From: Eledone cirrhosa | Lineage: Eukaryota | Length of the DNA stretch: 64,000 nt | NCBI GenBank assembly: GCA_964016885.1 | Contig: OZ024742.1 | Span: 189,162,001 to 189,226,000 of the forward strand | Reading direction: 5' to 3' | In this document: positions 44,405-59,925 of the stretch, in pieces | How the letters are laid out: each line of letters begins with the position of its first letter | Numbering within the stretch: position 1 is the stretch's first letter | Position numbers and translations under genes: made by a program | Notes under the pieces: generated by a model | Told to the model about the DNA's origin: nothing | The model's input: only the letters and a program-made list of their open reading frames with translations | Database searches by the model: none

Positions 44405-46105
44405 ACACACTCACATACAGACACTCTCTTTCTCTCCCACACATATGCACCGGAACGTGGAGCCAGTCCCTCACAAGTCTAATACTCCGCTGCTAGTGGT
44501 AAACATTTTTTTTCTATTAGGTGGACTAAAGCAAAGTCAAATGAAGTCACTTGTTCAAGAATACACCGCGCTGTCCAATCTGTCTTATTTCTCCCTCAAC
44601 CTTACGATCCTGAACCTGACCCTCTAACCACAGTACCATGCATCATTGCAGCAGTTAGATATGACTTTCTACGTTCTGTGTTCAAATTCATCCAGGTTAA
44701 CTTTGACTTTCATTCTTACAGGGATGATAAAATAAAGTACCAGTCATGTGCTAGTATCCATAAAATGACTGTCTCCTTCCTTTCAATTGCAGGCCTTGTG
44801 TCTAAATTAGAAACCAATATTTTAAGTCAGTAACATATCTAAGAGCAGTAACTTGTAGAGAAAACTTGATTATTTCCCCTTAGAACATTTTCGGTGTTGC
44901 AAAATATAGTTATAGATGAAATATTCCTGGCTTTAGTAAAACAAAATACAAGATCAGTTAATTATAAATTTATTCAATATATTAAAAGAGTTTTTTGGAT
45001 TTCTATGCTTTGAACATAATCAGAATTTTGAACAAGTCCGAATCTGCGAAATAAATAAATAAATAAATATGTTATTATTATGCCATAGGCACTTGACTCA
45101 TGGTGATGTCGTAGAGGCGCCGTCGTTACATACGATCTACTTTGAACATTTAAAACTTTGTGGCGGCCAGCCCTCTCCAGGGCGGAACACAGCCGATTTG
45201 TACCAGAGAAATAGGGAGGGAAAACGGAAAAAGAAAAAAAAGTTAGAAAGAGATTGAAGAAAATCAATCACAGTATTGAACTAGTATTAGTTTTATCAAA
45301 CTCAGAAGAATTGAACTCAGAGCGTAGAGAACCAGAAGGAATACCGCAGAGCATTCTATCCGATGTTCTAATAACTCTGCCGATTCCCTTCCAAAATTAG
45401 TTTTAGACTATACATGTTTGTGGAATGCTCAGTCACTGACTCTCAGTTCTTGAATAATCGCCCCCATCGTTTATTGGATTTTGCTAATCTATCTCCCGAG
45501 AAATTTTTTGTAAGTGATTCATATTGATACAGCAGCTGGAGAATCTAATAATAATTATTTTATTTTACATTTAAAAAACATTATATATGACAAAAAAAGA
45601 ACATTACAAGAAATCCCATATTTACGAATGTACACTATACAATTACTGATTTCTCAACCCTCTGTTTATTCCACCCCTACCTCTCCGCATATTCCACCCG
45701 CACCCCACCCCTATTATTTGGGACTCGAGAGTACATATTAATTTTATGAGAAGGCTGTTCCATTGATTAAACTACATGCATTACATGAAAAATAAGATAG
45801 TATGTGAAGGGACATAACTTATATCTGTCTATAATAATAATTAAGTTACTTCCCTTGAAAGTGACTAGCAAACGTAATATTTTGAAATCGACGTGAAAAC
45901 AAAACATTACACAATTTACTTTCTTCTATTTAAGTTTAGATATTCTTTAAAACAGTTCACGTTCATCATAGAATATATATGTCTATGTTAGGTAGTTTCT
46001 CTAGTTAAATACATAAAAGACGTACAACATATTTCACACTGAATCGTTCGTATTTTGTAAAGAGAGAAGGACTATGTTGAAATGCATACATGTAAATATA
46101 TACTG

Positions 46106-46140
<35 letters not shown>

Positions 46141-46528
46141 TCTGAATTTGTTCAGCAAGATTCTTTATCTGAAAACGTGTGTTGAAACCGATATTGTTAT
46201 GCTTTGGGAGGGTCATGTTGACAATAAGAAACACACGCACCACATGCTTTCACTTCAATTTATTATAAATTAAATTTATAAATTTAGGAATTTATATATA
46301 TATAAACAGGATCTATATTTTTTTAAAGGGGGAAAGTGCAAAACATGCACACTCGATTAAAAACCTTTATAACTGCGAAAAAAAAATGATTTATGATAAA
46401 ATAAGTCGCAAAAGAGAGAAAGGTTAATGGCAGAGGAAGGACCAGAGCGACTAGGGTTCCTAAAAGAATGAATATTAGGACGATAATGTGCTTGCAACAC
46501 GACAATAATTTATGTGTGTTTCTCTCTC

Positions 46529-46591
<63 letters not shown>

Positions 46592-46681
46592 ACTACACAC
46601 ACACACAGATGTGTTTATCTATATATATATATGTATATATATAGTAATAATAATAAATGTGAACACTAAAATCCAAAGATT

Positions 46682-46930
<249 letters not shown>

Positions 46931-46971
46931 ATGATATTAATACATGGAAACTATCTTTATAAAACCATATT

Positions 46972-47032
46972 TATTTTATTATATATATTTCAAGGGTACC
47001 AAAATTTTGCTACGCTCTCATCAGATAAAATA
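46972..47032 (-). ncRNA. Intact type I hammerhead ribozyme, family C
   Basis: Reverse complement: TATTTTAT-CTGATGA-GAGCGTAGCAAAA TTTTGGTACCCTT-GAAA-TATATA-TA-ATAAAATA. Confidence 0.85.
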
Positions 47033-47185
47033 CAAAAATTGTTTTATAAATATTGACATAAAGACAGTTTCCATGTATTAATATCATTGATATTATACTC
47101 CAGAAGAATACTGTAGAGTGCTTCGAATCTGTTATAAATAAATTTGTAAATTTGTTGAATAACCAACAAATTAAATATCACTTTG

Positions 47186-47256
<71 letters not shown>

Positions 47257-47631
47257 GAATAATCGAGTATCGAAAAATCGGCGCACGAGTTCACGATAAA
47301 CAAAATTCGATATGAGCGGCAGAGGGCTCAATAATTCAGATAAATCAGAGCTATAACTATCGTTAAAATACCGTCACACATAGAATATATCTACAATCAA
47401 CCATACGAAGGAAAAATTGCGATATGGAAGATTCGGGACACTCAGATAAAATATCAATAAATCAATAAATATCAAATGAATGTAAAAAGCATACCCGGAC
47501 CCGCTAGAAAGATGGTAAATCTAGCTTCTTGGGTTTCTGTAAATCCTTAAACTGTCCTCTATCAGCTCACATAAAAATATATAAGACTTCTAGACGCCAG
47601 CGGACTGGAGTTTACTTCTTCAACGAGCTTT

Positions 47632-47665
<34 letters not shown>

Positions 47666-47779
47666 GGAAGGAGGTAGCAACAATAAAGCAATGCAAATAT
47701 CGGATAAGTAGCACTCCACAGTTTATAGGACTGGAGTATAAATAATATAAGATCAAAAGATGGTTAAAAGAGTTCCAAG

Positions 47780-47850
47780 TATTTTATTATGCGCATTTCA
47801 AAAACAAATATTCTCATGGGATGATATTTGCGTTCTCATCAGATAAAATA
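47780..47850 (-). ncRNA. Intact type I hammerhead ribozyme, family B
   Basis: Mirror image of 47974-48044. Confidence 0.85.
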
Positions 47851-47973
47851 GGGAAACATGATATGAAGCTTCAAAAACACTTGTGAGCAGTGAAGTTTTA
47901 AATCAACATATCATATGTTGATTTAAAACTTCACTGCTCACAAGTGTTTTTGAAGCTTCATATCATGTTTCCC

Positions 47974-48044
47974 TATTTTATCTGATGAGAACGCAAATAT
48001 CATCCCATGAGAATATTTGTTTTTGAAATGCGCATAATAAAATA
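47974..48044 (+). ncRNA. Intact type I hammerhead ribozyme, family B
   Basis: TATTTTAT-CTGATGA-GAACGCAAATAT..ATATTTGTTTTT-GAAA-TGCGCA-TA-ATAAAATA; predicted cleavage after A48036. Confidence 0.85.
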
Positions 48045-48090
48045 CTTGGAACTCTTTTAACCATCTTTTGATCTTATATTATATATATAT

Positions 48091-48184
<94 letters not shown>

Positions 48185-48185
<1 letters not shown>

Positions 48186-49345
48186 TATAAGAAGTAGGAG
48201 TAGAATTAGTCACCCACATAATCAAACAGGCAATATATGATGGGGGTCATGCCCAAAGACTGGTGCAGTAGTATACTAATTAATTGCTACAAGGGAAAAG
48301 GTGATGCACTAGAAAGGAACAACTACAGGTAATGAAAGTGATAGAAAGTGCTTCAGCATAACTAATTAGATTAAGAGTCTAATTAAAAAAGATGCAGCTT
48401 GATTTGTGCCAGGGAGACAACTACAAGAGAAGTTCCTAGCTAGGTGTAAGCCACTATATCTAGCTTCCATTGATATGGAAATGGTTATCTAGTGGTCCTT
48501 AAAGAAACTAGGTGTAGAAGAATGGCTTATAAGGACAGTGCAAGCCATGTACAGAAGAGCTGTCAGTTAGGTGAGAGTAGGTAATGAGCTTTGTGAAGAG
48601 TCCAAAGAACAGGTAAGTCTTCATTACGGCTCAGTCCTCAACTCACACCACTTTATTTTAGCTTTCCAGGGCATAAGAGAGGAGTTTAAGACAGGGTGCC
48701 CATGGGAACTTCAAATCAGTGGAAGAGCTAATGAAGAAATGCTCATTTTGGAAACAGAATAAAAAAGGATTAGCATTAACTTGTAAAACCTGATGTTTTG
48801 TTTAAGCAGGAAAGAAAGGAGGACCCTGATCCCATCAAGTAAGTGGACCCACTCAATATGTAGAAAAAGAGTAGCTAGTAACTCTATACCATGTACACAA
48901 TGTAAAACTTGGAAGAAGAGGATGGAAAAGCTTCAGGGAGCTACTAACTGTTGAGAACAAAAGGTTTCTTTCAATGAAAGCCCAACTGTATGATGCCGGT
49001 GTGCAAGGTGCAAAATGCTGCATGGTAATGAGACATGGACAATAAAGGCTGCAGATATGTGACGGCTTGAGAGAAATGAAGCAAGCATGCTCTGTTGAAT
49101 GTGCAATGATAATGTGTATGAATGATAAAGCATGTAAACACTGCAAGAAAAGCTGGATATAAGAGGTATTGATGTCGTGTGCTGCAGAGAGTTGAAGTGC
49201 CGAGAAATATTAGTAGAAGGAAACCAAGGAAGATTTGGGAGATGATTGTGAGAGCTGATCTTAAATCAATAAAGTTTACAGTCGAGATGATAAAGGACTG
49301 TGACAAGTGGAGGGGCACTGTGCTTGATAGGTTGTGTCAAACCTA
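48185..49345 (+). mobile_element. Degraded RTE-clade LINE (RT region to 3' end, internally deleted)
   Basis: MPKDWCSSILINCYKGKGDALERNNYR; LGVEEWLIRTVQAMY; FKTGCPWEL; RKPRKIWEMIVRADL. Confidence 0.8.
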
Positions 49346-49692
49346 TGCTGAAGGATGGAAAAAACTATCTGCATCAGTTGTTAGCTGTTGGAACACTGCA
49401 TCCTTTAAAATCTCCATGCATCCTGAAATTTGCCAACACTATAGCTGACATCCCCCACCATACACACGCACACATGTATATTATAACTCATACACTCTAC
49501 ACTTTCCTGGCATTTTTACATTATTCTATATACTATACATGCACCTTTGATGTGTTGTAGTGCACCTGAGCACTGTACACAATAATTTCATTATTATTAT
49601 TATTATTATTATTAAAACATGGCAATGATGTTGATAACGATGCTATCATCATCATTGTCATCATTCCCTTTCTCTGCTAACAAAGGTTGTTA

Positions 49693-49723
<31 letters not shown>

Positions 49724-49792
49724 TTGTATATATGTATATGTATATATATATAGATATAGATATAGATATATATATATATATGTATATATATG

Positions 49793-49830
<38 letters not shown>

Positions 49831-49971
49831 TATCATCATCATCGTATAACATCCATTTTCCACATTAGCAAGGTTAGATATGTATATATATACATACACA
49901 CATACATATATATATATATACATATATACACACACACATACACATATATATATATATATATACACACTCAC

Positions 49972-50006
<35 letters not shown>

Positions 50007-50034
50007 AACATATATATATATATATACGCGTGTG

Positions 50035-50099
<65 letters not shown>

Positions 50100-50284
50100 A
50101 TATATATGTATGTATGTATATATATGTGTGTATGTATATATATATGATTTTTAAAGCGATGAAATACCAATGAAGGTTGGAAAAATCACTGACGAAGGAC
50201 TATTTTTATCATATGTAACCCATGTGCAACCACGCAGTATTCTTTCTTCTCATGTTTTATATATATATATACATATATACATAC

Positions 50285-50382
<98 letters not shown>

Positions 50383-50444
50383 ATATATATATACATACAT
50401 ACATATATATATATATACATATATATATATACATACATACATAC

Positions 50445-50477
<33 letters not shown>

Positions 50478-50478
50478 C

Positions 50479-50545
<67 letters not shown>

Positions 50546-50550
50546 CATAC

Positions 50551-50691
<141 letters not shown>

Positions 50692-50791
50692 GACACACAC
50701 ACACGCGCGTCTGTCCTAGGCCTAATAACATCTTTGTACAGAAATGATTATACAGACATAGACTCCACTCTCCCTCTCTCTCTCCCTCTCT

Positions 50792-50826
<35 letters not shown>

Positions 50827-50831
50827 AGAGA

Positions 50832-50879
<48 letters not shown>

Positions 50880-51014
50880 TCAAGTATTGGCAAAAAAAAA
50901 TTGACCATTGAGAAAAGATTGATTAAGTTTCCAGTGTTCATAATCAACATATTGATAGTGCTGCAACTAACTCTCTTGTCTGCTGGCATTGATGTTGTTG
51001 CAGCTGCAATACTA

Positions 51015-52085
51015 CTACTACTACTACTAGTAGTAGCAGTAGTAGTAGTATTGGTGGTGGTGGTGGTGGGGTGGCAATGGTTGTTGTTGTGGTGGTGGTG
51101 GTGGTGGTGGTAGTTGTGGTGGTAGTTGTGTTGGTGGCAATGGTTATTGTTGTGGTGGTGGTGGTAGTTGTGGTGGTTGTGGTGGTGGTGGTGGTGGTGG
51201 TGGTGGTGGTGGTGGTGGTGGTGGTGGTGGCAATGGTTGTTGTGGTGGTGGTGGTGGTGGTGGTGGTAGTTGTGGTGGTAGTTGTGGTGGTGGTGGTGGT
51301 GGCAATGGTTGTTGTTGTTGTGGTGGTGGTGGTGGTAGTTGTGGTGGTAGTTGTGCTGGTGGCAATGGTTATTGTTGTGGTGGTGGTGGTAGTTGTGGTG
51401 GTTGTGGTGGTGGTGGTGGTGGTGGTGGTGGTGGTGGTGGCAATGGTTGTTGTGGTGGTGGTGGTGGTGGTAGTTGTGGTGGTAGTTGTGGTGGTGGTGG
51501 TGGTGGCAATGGTTGTTGTTGTTGTGGTGGTGGTGGTGGTGGTGGTGGTGGCAATGGTTGTTGTTGTGGTGGTGGTGGTGGTGGTAGTTGTGGTGGTGGT
51601 GGTGATGGTGGTGGTGGTAGTTGTGGTTGTGGTAGTAATGGTTGTTGTTGTTGTGGTGGTGGTGGTGGTAGTTTTGGTGGTGGTGGTGGTGGTGGTGGTG
51701 CTTGTGGTAGTAATGGTTGTTGTTGTTGTGGTAGTGGTGGTGGTGGGTAGTTGTGGTGGTGTTTGTGGTGGTGGTAGTGGTGGTTGTGGTAGTAATGGTT
51801 GTTGTTGTGGTGGTGGTCGTGGTTGTGGTGGAGGTAGCGGTAGTTGTGATGATGGTGGTGGTGGTTGTGGTGGCGGTGGCGGTGACGGTGACGGTCGTGG
51901 TTGTGGTAGTATGGTGGTTATGATGGTAGTCGTGGTAATGGTTGTTGTTGTCGTGGTTGTGGTGGTTGTGGTGGTGTTGGTGATGGTGCTAGTAGTGGTG
52001 GTGGTGGTGGTGGTGGTGTTGGTGGTTGTGGTGGGGGGTACTTGTAGTAAAGGTGATGGTAGTGGTTGTGTTAGTAGTAGTTGTT
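51015..52085. repeat. (GGT/TGT)n low-complexity array
   Basis: Direct inspection. Confidence 0.95.
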
Positions 52086-52199
52086 AATGCTGTTGTTATG
52101 TTGGTACTATACTAGTAGGGTGAGCAGGAATTTCACCCCAACACAACATCCACTACCAGAATCAACACCACCACACTATTGCCACATATATATCCACAC

Positions 52200-55100
52200 A
52201 CATATGCACACATACATATCCACACACACACATACACACATGTAAACATGTAAACACACATACATATTCACACACACATACACACATGTAAACATGTAAA
52301 CACACATACATATCCACACAAACATACACACATGTAAACATGTAAACACACATACACACATGTAAACATGTAAACACGCATACATACCCACACACACATG
52401 TAAACATGCAAACACACATACATATCCACACACACATACACACATGTAAACATGTAAACAGACATACATATCCACACACACATACACACATGTAAACATG
52501 TAAACACACATGCATATCCACACACACATACACACATGTAAACATGTAAACACGCATACATATCCACACACAGATACACACATGTAAACATGTCAACACA
52601 CATACATATCCACACACACATACACACATGTATACATGTAAACACACATACATATCCACACACACACACACATGTAAACATGTAAACACACATACACACA
52701 TGTAAACATGTAAACACACATACACACATGTAAACATGTAAACACACATACATACCCACACACACATACACACGTGTAAACATGTAAACACACATACATA
52801 TCCACACACACATACACACATGTAAACATGTAAACACACATACATATCCCCACACACATACACACATGTAAACATGTAAATACACACATGCATATCCACA
52901 CACACATACACACATGTAAACATGTAAACACACATCCATGTCCACACACACACATACACACGTGTAAACATGTAAATACACACATACATACCCACACACA
53001 CATACACACATGTAAACATGTAAACACACATGCATATCCACACACACATACACACATGTAAACATGTAAACACACATACATACCCACACACACACATCCA
53101 CACATGTAAACATGTAAACACACATACATATCCACACACACACATACACACATGTAAATATGTAAACACACATATACACATGTAAACATGTAAACACACA
53201 TACATATCCACACACGCATACACACATGTAAACATGTAAACACACATACAAATCCACACATACACATACACATATGTAAACATGTAAACACACATACATA
53301 TCCACACACACACACACACACATGTAAACATGTAAACACACATATACACATGTAAACATGTAAACACACATACATATCCACACACACATACACACATGTA
53401 AACATGTAAACACACATACATATCCACACACACATACACACATGTAAACATGTAAACACACATATACACATGTAAACATGTAAACACACATACATATCCA
53501 CACACACATACACACATGTAAACATGTAAACACACATACATATCCACACACACATGTAAACATGTAAACACACATATACACATGTAAACATGTAAACACA
53601 CATACATATCCACACACACATACACACATGTAAACATGTAAACACACATACATATCCACACACACATACACACAGGTAAACATGTAAACACACATACATA
53701 TCCACACACACACATACACACATTTAAACATGTAAACACACATACATATCCACACGCACATACACACATGTAAACATGTAAACACACATACATATCCACA
53801 CACACATACACATGTAAACATGTAAACACACATACACACCCACACACACATACACACATGTAAACATGTAAACACACATACATATCCCCACACACACATA
53901 CACACATGTAAACATGTAAACACACATACATATCCACACACACATACACACATGTAAACATGTAAACAGACATACATATCCCCACACACATACACACATG
54001 TAAACATGTAAACACACATACATATCCACACACACATACACACATGTAAACATGTAAACACACATACATATCCACACACACACATACACACAGGTAAACA
54101 TGTAAACACACATACATATCCACACACACATACACACATGTAAACATGTAAACACACATACATACCCACACACACATACACACATGTAAACATGTAAACA
54201 CACATACATATCCACACACACATACACACATGTAAACATGTAAATACACATACATATCCACACACACATACACATACACACATGTAAACATGTAAATACA
54301 CATACATATCCACACACACACACACATACACACATGTAAACATGTAAACACACATATACACATGTAAACATGTAAACACGCATACATATCCACACACACA
54401 TACACACATGTAAACATGTAAACACACATACATATCCACACACACATACACACATGTAAACATGTAAACACACATATACACATGTAAACATGTAAACACA
54501 CATACATATCCACACACACATACACACAGGTAAACATGTAAACACACATACATATCCACACACACACATACACACATTTAAACATGTAAACACACATACA
54601 TATCCACACGCACATACACACATGTAAACATGTAAACACACATACATATCCACACACACATACACACATGTAAACATGTAAACACACATACATACCCACA
54701 CACACATACACACATGTAAACATGTAAACACACATACATATCCCCACACACACATACACACATGTAAACATGTAAACACACATACATATCCACACACACA
54801 TACACACATGTAAACATGTAAACAGACATACATATCCCCACACACATACACACATGTAAACATGTAAACACACATACATATCCACACACACATACACACA
54901 TGTAAACATGTAAACACACATACATATCCACACACACACATACACACAGGTAAACATGTAAACACACATACATATCCACACACACATACACACATGTAAA
55001 CATGTAAACACACATACATACCCACACACACATACACACATGTAAACATGTAAACACACATACATATCCACACACACATACACACATGTAAACATGTAAA

Positions 55101-55850
55101 TACACATACATATCCACACACACATACACATACACACATGTAAACATGTAAATACACATACATATCCACACACACATACACACATGTAAACATGTAAACA
55201 CACATACATATCCCCACACACATACACACATGTAAACATGTAAACACACATACATATCCACACACACATACACACATGTAAACATGTAAACACACATACA
55301 TATCCACACACACACATACACACATGTAAACATGTAAATACACATACATATCCACACACACATACACATACACACATGTAAACATGTAAATACACATACA
55401 TATCCACACACACATACACACATGTAAACATGTAAACACACATACATATCCACACACACATACACACATGTAAACATGTAAATACACATACATATCCACA
55501 CACACATACACATACACACATGTAAACATGTAAATACACATACATATCCACACACACATACACACATGTAAACATGTAAACACACATACACACATGTAAA
55601 CATGTAAACACGCATACATATCCACACACACATACACACATGTAAACATGTAAACACACATACATATCCACACACACATACACACATGTAAACATGTAAA
55701 CACACATACATATCCACACACACATACACACATGTAAACATGTAAACACACATACATATCCCCACACACATACACACATGTAAACATGTAAACACACATA
55801 CATATCCACACACACATACACACATGTAAACATGTAAACACATATACACC
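52200..55850. repeat. 46-bp satellite (CATGTAAACATGTAAACACACATACATATCCACACACACATACACA), about 80 units, with an ~854-bp higher-order duplication
   Basis: Unit read directly; the diagnostic CATTTAAA variant recurs at 53721 and 54575. Confidence 0.95.
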
Positions 55851-56480
55851 CATGCACACATATGTGCTTACACACACACATACATGCTGACACACACATA
55901 CACACATGCACACATACGTGCTTACACACACATATACACATGCACACATACATATCCATTCAGACATACACACATACATGCTGACACACACATACACACA
56001 TGCACACATATGTGCTTACACACACATATACACATGCACACATACATATCCATTCAGACATACACACATACATGCTGACACACACATACACACATGCACA
56101 CATATGTGCTTACACACACATATACACATGCACACATACATATCCATTCAGACGCACACACATACATGCTGACACACACATACACACATGCACACATATG
56201 TGCTTACACACACATATACACATGCACACATACATATCCATTCAAACACACACACATACATGCTGACACACACATACACACATGCACACATACATATCCA
56301 TTCAGACACACGCACATACATGCTGACACACACATGCACACATATGTGCTTACACACACATATACACATGCACACATACATATCCATTCAGACATACACA
56401 CATACGTGCTTACACACACATACACACATGCACACATACATATCCATTCAGACATACACACATATATGCAGACATAGACA
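55851..56480. repeat. 94-bp CA-rich tandem repeat
   Basis: Periodic ORF starts at 55906, 56000, 56094 and 56188. Confidence 0.85.
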
Positions 56481-56652
56481 TACATGCGTGTGCACACACA
56501 CACAAACACATTCTCATACTGTGTCATACATATACAGCAAAATGATCTTCATAGTTTCCTATTCCAATACTGCCATAGAGGATATTTACCTGAGATGGCA
56601 CACTGTGGGATTGAACCTAGAACCATATTGCTACTACAAGCAAATCACTTAA

Positions 56653-57337
56653 CCCTTTAGCATTTAAACTAGTTGTATCTGGCCAGAACCCACTCACCCC
56701 TTTCTGTTCAAACTGGCTGTAACTGGCTGCCCATACCTACATTAAGGTATTATTCTCAAAGTAAGGAAAAGAACGATCGTCTTTCGTCAAATCAGACCGA
56801 GGGAACAATGTTTCCGTTGGTCTTTCCAATTGCTAATACTATCTATCGGTCGCAACTCCAGGTAGAAAGAGCAACGTGAAATAAAGTGTCTTGTTCAAGG
56901 ACAGAACGCATCGCCTGGTCCAGGAATCGAACTCACAACCTTACGATTGCGAATCCAATTCTCTAACCACTCAGCCACACGCCTTCACTCTCAAAGTAAA
57001 TAACATCAAAATCTCATAGATTCAATATTATGTGAGATAATTAAGTAAGATAAAGCCTTTACTGTGAAAATACAATAGTAAATATGCTATTGGCGCAGCA
57101 AGGAAGAAATAGCAGGTGATGTATTGTTATGGAGTCCATCTCATGGAGCAAGAAACGCTGGTCGTCCCAAGGAGACATACGTCAAGCAACTTGAAGACGA
57201 TACTAGATGCACTGCGAAAGAACTGGCAAATGCTATGAGAGACAGAGATGGATGGAGGAAACGTGTCGTAGAAAGCCGAGCAAGCTCGACCTGATGATGA
57301 TGATGATGAAATATGGAATAATGTAAATGCTAAAGGG
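56653..57337. mobile_element. piggyBac-like MITE with nested SINE and RTE insertions; empty copies at 57647-57875 and 62041-62248
   Basis: TTAA-CCCTTTAGCATTTA...TAAATGCTAAAGGG-TTAA. Confidence 0.8.
57091..57309 (+). mobile_element. RTE-clade LINE 3' end with (TGA)n tail
   Basis: WRSKEEIAGDVLLWSPSHGARNAGRPKETYVKQLEDD...MRDRDGWRKRV. Confidence 0.8.
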
Positions 57338-59382
57338 TTAAACACACAGCTATCACTTTAACTCTTGATCCAGTCGATTGACAATATGCCAGACCTCAGT
57401 GGGTGAAACTTATGAAATCAGATGAAGGAAACAATATTTCACTTGGTCTTTCGAAATTAAATTCTTGGCAGAGAGAGCAATATGAAATAAAGTGTCTTTC
57501 TCAAGAACATAAGACAACACCTTGACCGGAAATCGAACTCACATCCTTACACTTGTTAATCCTATTCTGTAACCATTAAGCCACGCATCTTCACTTTATC
57601 CCTAATAATGATTTTTAATTAAGGAACAAATGTTTTTTTTAATTAACCCTTTAGCATTTACATTACTCTATATTTACTATTGTATTTTCACAGTAAACAC
57701 TTTACCTCACATAATTATCTCAAATAATATTGAATCTATGAGATTATGAGATTTTGATATTATTTATTTTGAGAACATTACCTTAACATCAGTATGAATA
57801 GCCAGTTACGGCCGGTTTGAACAAAAAGAGGTAAGAGAATTTTGACCGGTTATGGCCGGTTTAAATGCTAAAGGGTTGAGGTAAGTTGATTATATCAACC
57901 CTACTGTTTAACTGTTACCATATTTTATCAAACCTACAAAGAAGTAGCGCAAAATTCACCTCAGTGGCATTTGAACTCAGAACGTAAATAGCCAGTCCCA
58001 CTGCTTTACCAACACTGCCAATGTTCATATAAAATTATCATCATCATCATGATCATCATTTCCATTTTGACATCCACTTTCCCTGCTAGCAAGTCTGTAC
58101 TGAAGCAAAGCAACTGATTTCCCAAGCAGGCCAGGTATCTGTGTTTCACTTATATATGGCCACACATTCCATTGAGTGTCTGGCAAGTTTTCTATGCCTG
58201 GATGCCCTTCCTATCACTAACCACTTTATAGTGTGTACTAGGGGCATTTATCAGGTAAATCACCAACACTAGGGAGACTGCCATGCCCTTTACATGAATG
58301 GAGGATCCTCCATTCATGTGAAGGTTTTTAACTTAGGCACAGAGTCAGCAGAGAGGAAGGATTATTAAATCAACTCCAGTACTTAACAGGTACTATATTT
58401 TATAAATCCCTGAAAGGCAAAACTGACCTCAGCAGGTTTTGAACTCAGTATGTAATGAGTCAGACTGAATACTGGAAATCACATTGTCTGCTGTTCTAAT
58501 GAGTTCGCTAATAGTAATGGTTTCTTTAATGACCACGGTTTCAGATTTAGGCTCAAGGCCAACAGTTTTAGGGGAGAGGAAAGTTGATTAAATCAACCAC
58601 AACACAGTACTTGCACTTTATTTTATCGACTGCGTAAGGACGAAAGGCAAAACTAACCTCAGTAGGATTTGAACTCGGAATGTAAAGGGACGTAACTCAA
58701 TGCCACGAAGCATGGTGTCCAATGCTCTACAAATACTGCCAATCCACCACCCTTAATGTGCCTATAATAATGATTTCTAGTATAGGCACAAGGCCAGTAA
58801 TTTGGGGGGACGGGAAAGTTAATTAAATCGATCCCAGTGCGTGACTGGTACTTTATTTTATCGACCCCGTAAGGATGAAAGGCAAAGTTAACCTCGGCGG
58901 AATTTGAACTCAGAATGGCAAGGGCCATAACTCTATGCGTCAAAGCATGGCGTCCGACCCTCTACCAATACTGTCAATCCACCACACCTGCTGTGCCTAT
59001 AATAATGATATTACTACTATAACAACTTATGTAGCAATGTCTGCAAATAAGTCTACCAATGTTGAAACCTACTGGTGGTGGTATAATGAATTATAATCAT
59101 TATTATATCAAATCCCGTCGTGGTTTACTTTGCCTCTCATCCTTACGGGGTCGATAAAATAAAGTACCAGTAATGCACTGGGTAACTGCTGACCTTGTGC
59201 CAAAAGTAGAAACAATTATTATTATCATTATTTTTTATTGGATAGTAGTAAGGTACTAGTAATAAAATAAATGTCTATGTATAATAATTCCACTGTTGTT
59301 GTTGTTGCTGCTGCTGCTACTACTACTACTACTACTACTACTTTTCTTCTTCTTCTTCTTCTACCACTACTACTAACTGCTG

Positions 59383-59422
<40 letters not shown>

Positions 59423-59547
59423 AACTACTACTGCTGCTGCTGCTGCTGCTTCTTCTTCTTCTTCTTCTTCTTCTTCTGCCACTACTGCCACTACTGCTAC
59501 TGCTGCTACTACTACTACTACAACTACTACAACTGCTGCTGCTGCTG

Positions 59548-59580
<33 letters not shown>

Positions 59581-59596
59581 TTACTACTAACTGCTG

Positions 59597-59628
<32 letters not shown>

Positions 59629-59649
59629 GTTGCTGCTACTACTACTATA

Positions 59650-59690
<41 letters not shown>

Positions 59691-59925
59691 AGCTGCCGCT
59701 ACTACTACTACTACTACTAATACTACTACTATCGCCACCACCACCACTACTACTACCACTACTACTAATGATGATAATGATGATGATGCCCTTATGGTAT
59801 CATCTGTATGCCAATTGAAAGTTAAATGTTTGTATTATCAAATTCTGCCTGAGGTGTCAGGTTGACACTTGGCAACATATTGGGGGGAGAAGCAGAATTC
59901 TAACAAGTTTCACATAATCATTATA

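Larger units (their letters stand above)
47742..48082. repeat. 341-bp perfect palindrome (family B) centred on C47912
   Basis: Arms are reverse complements by inspection, with a 1-nt spacer. Confidence 0.9.

Noticed and set aside
52162-56009. 1265-aa and other long Cys/Val/Met-rich ORFs
   Set aside because: They are translations of the 46-bp satellite, open in all three minus frames only because the unit lacks stop codons.
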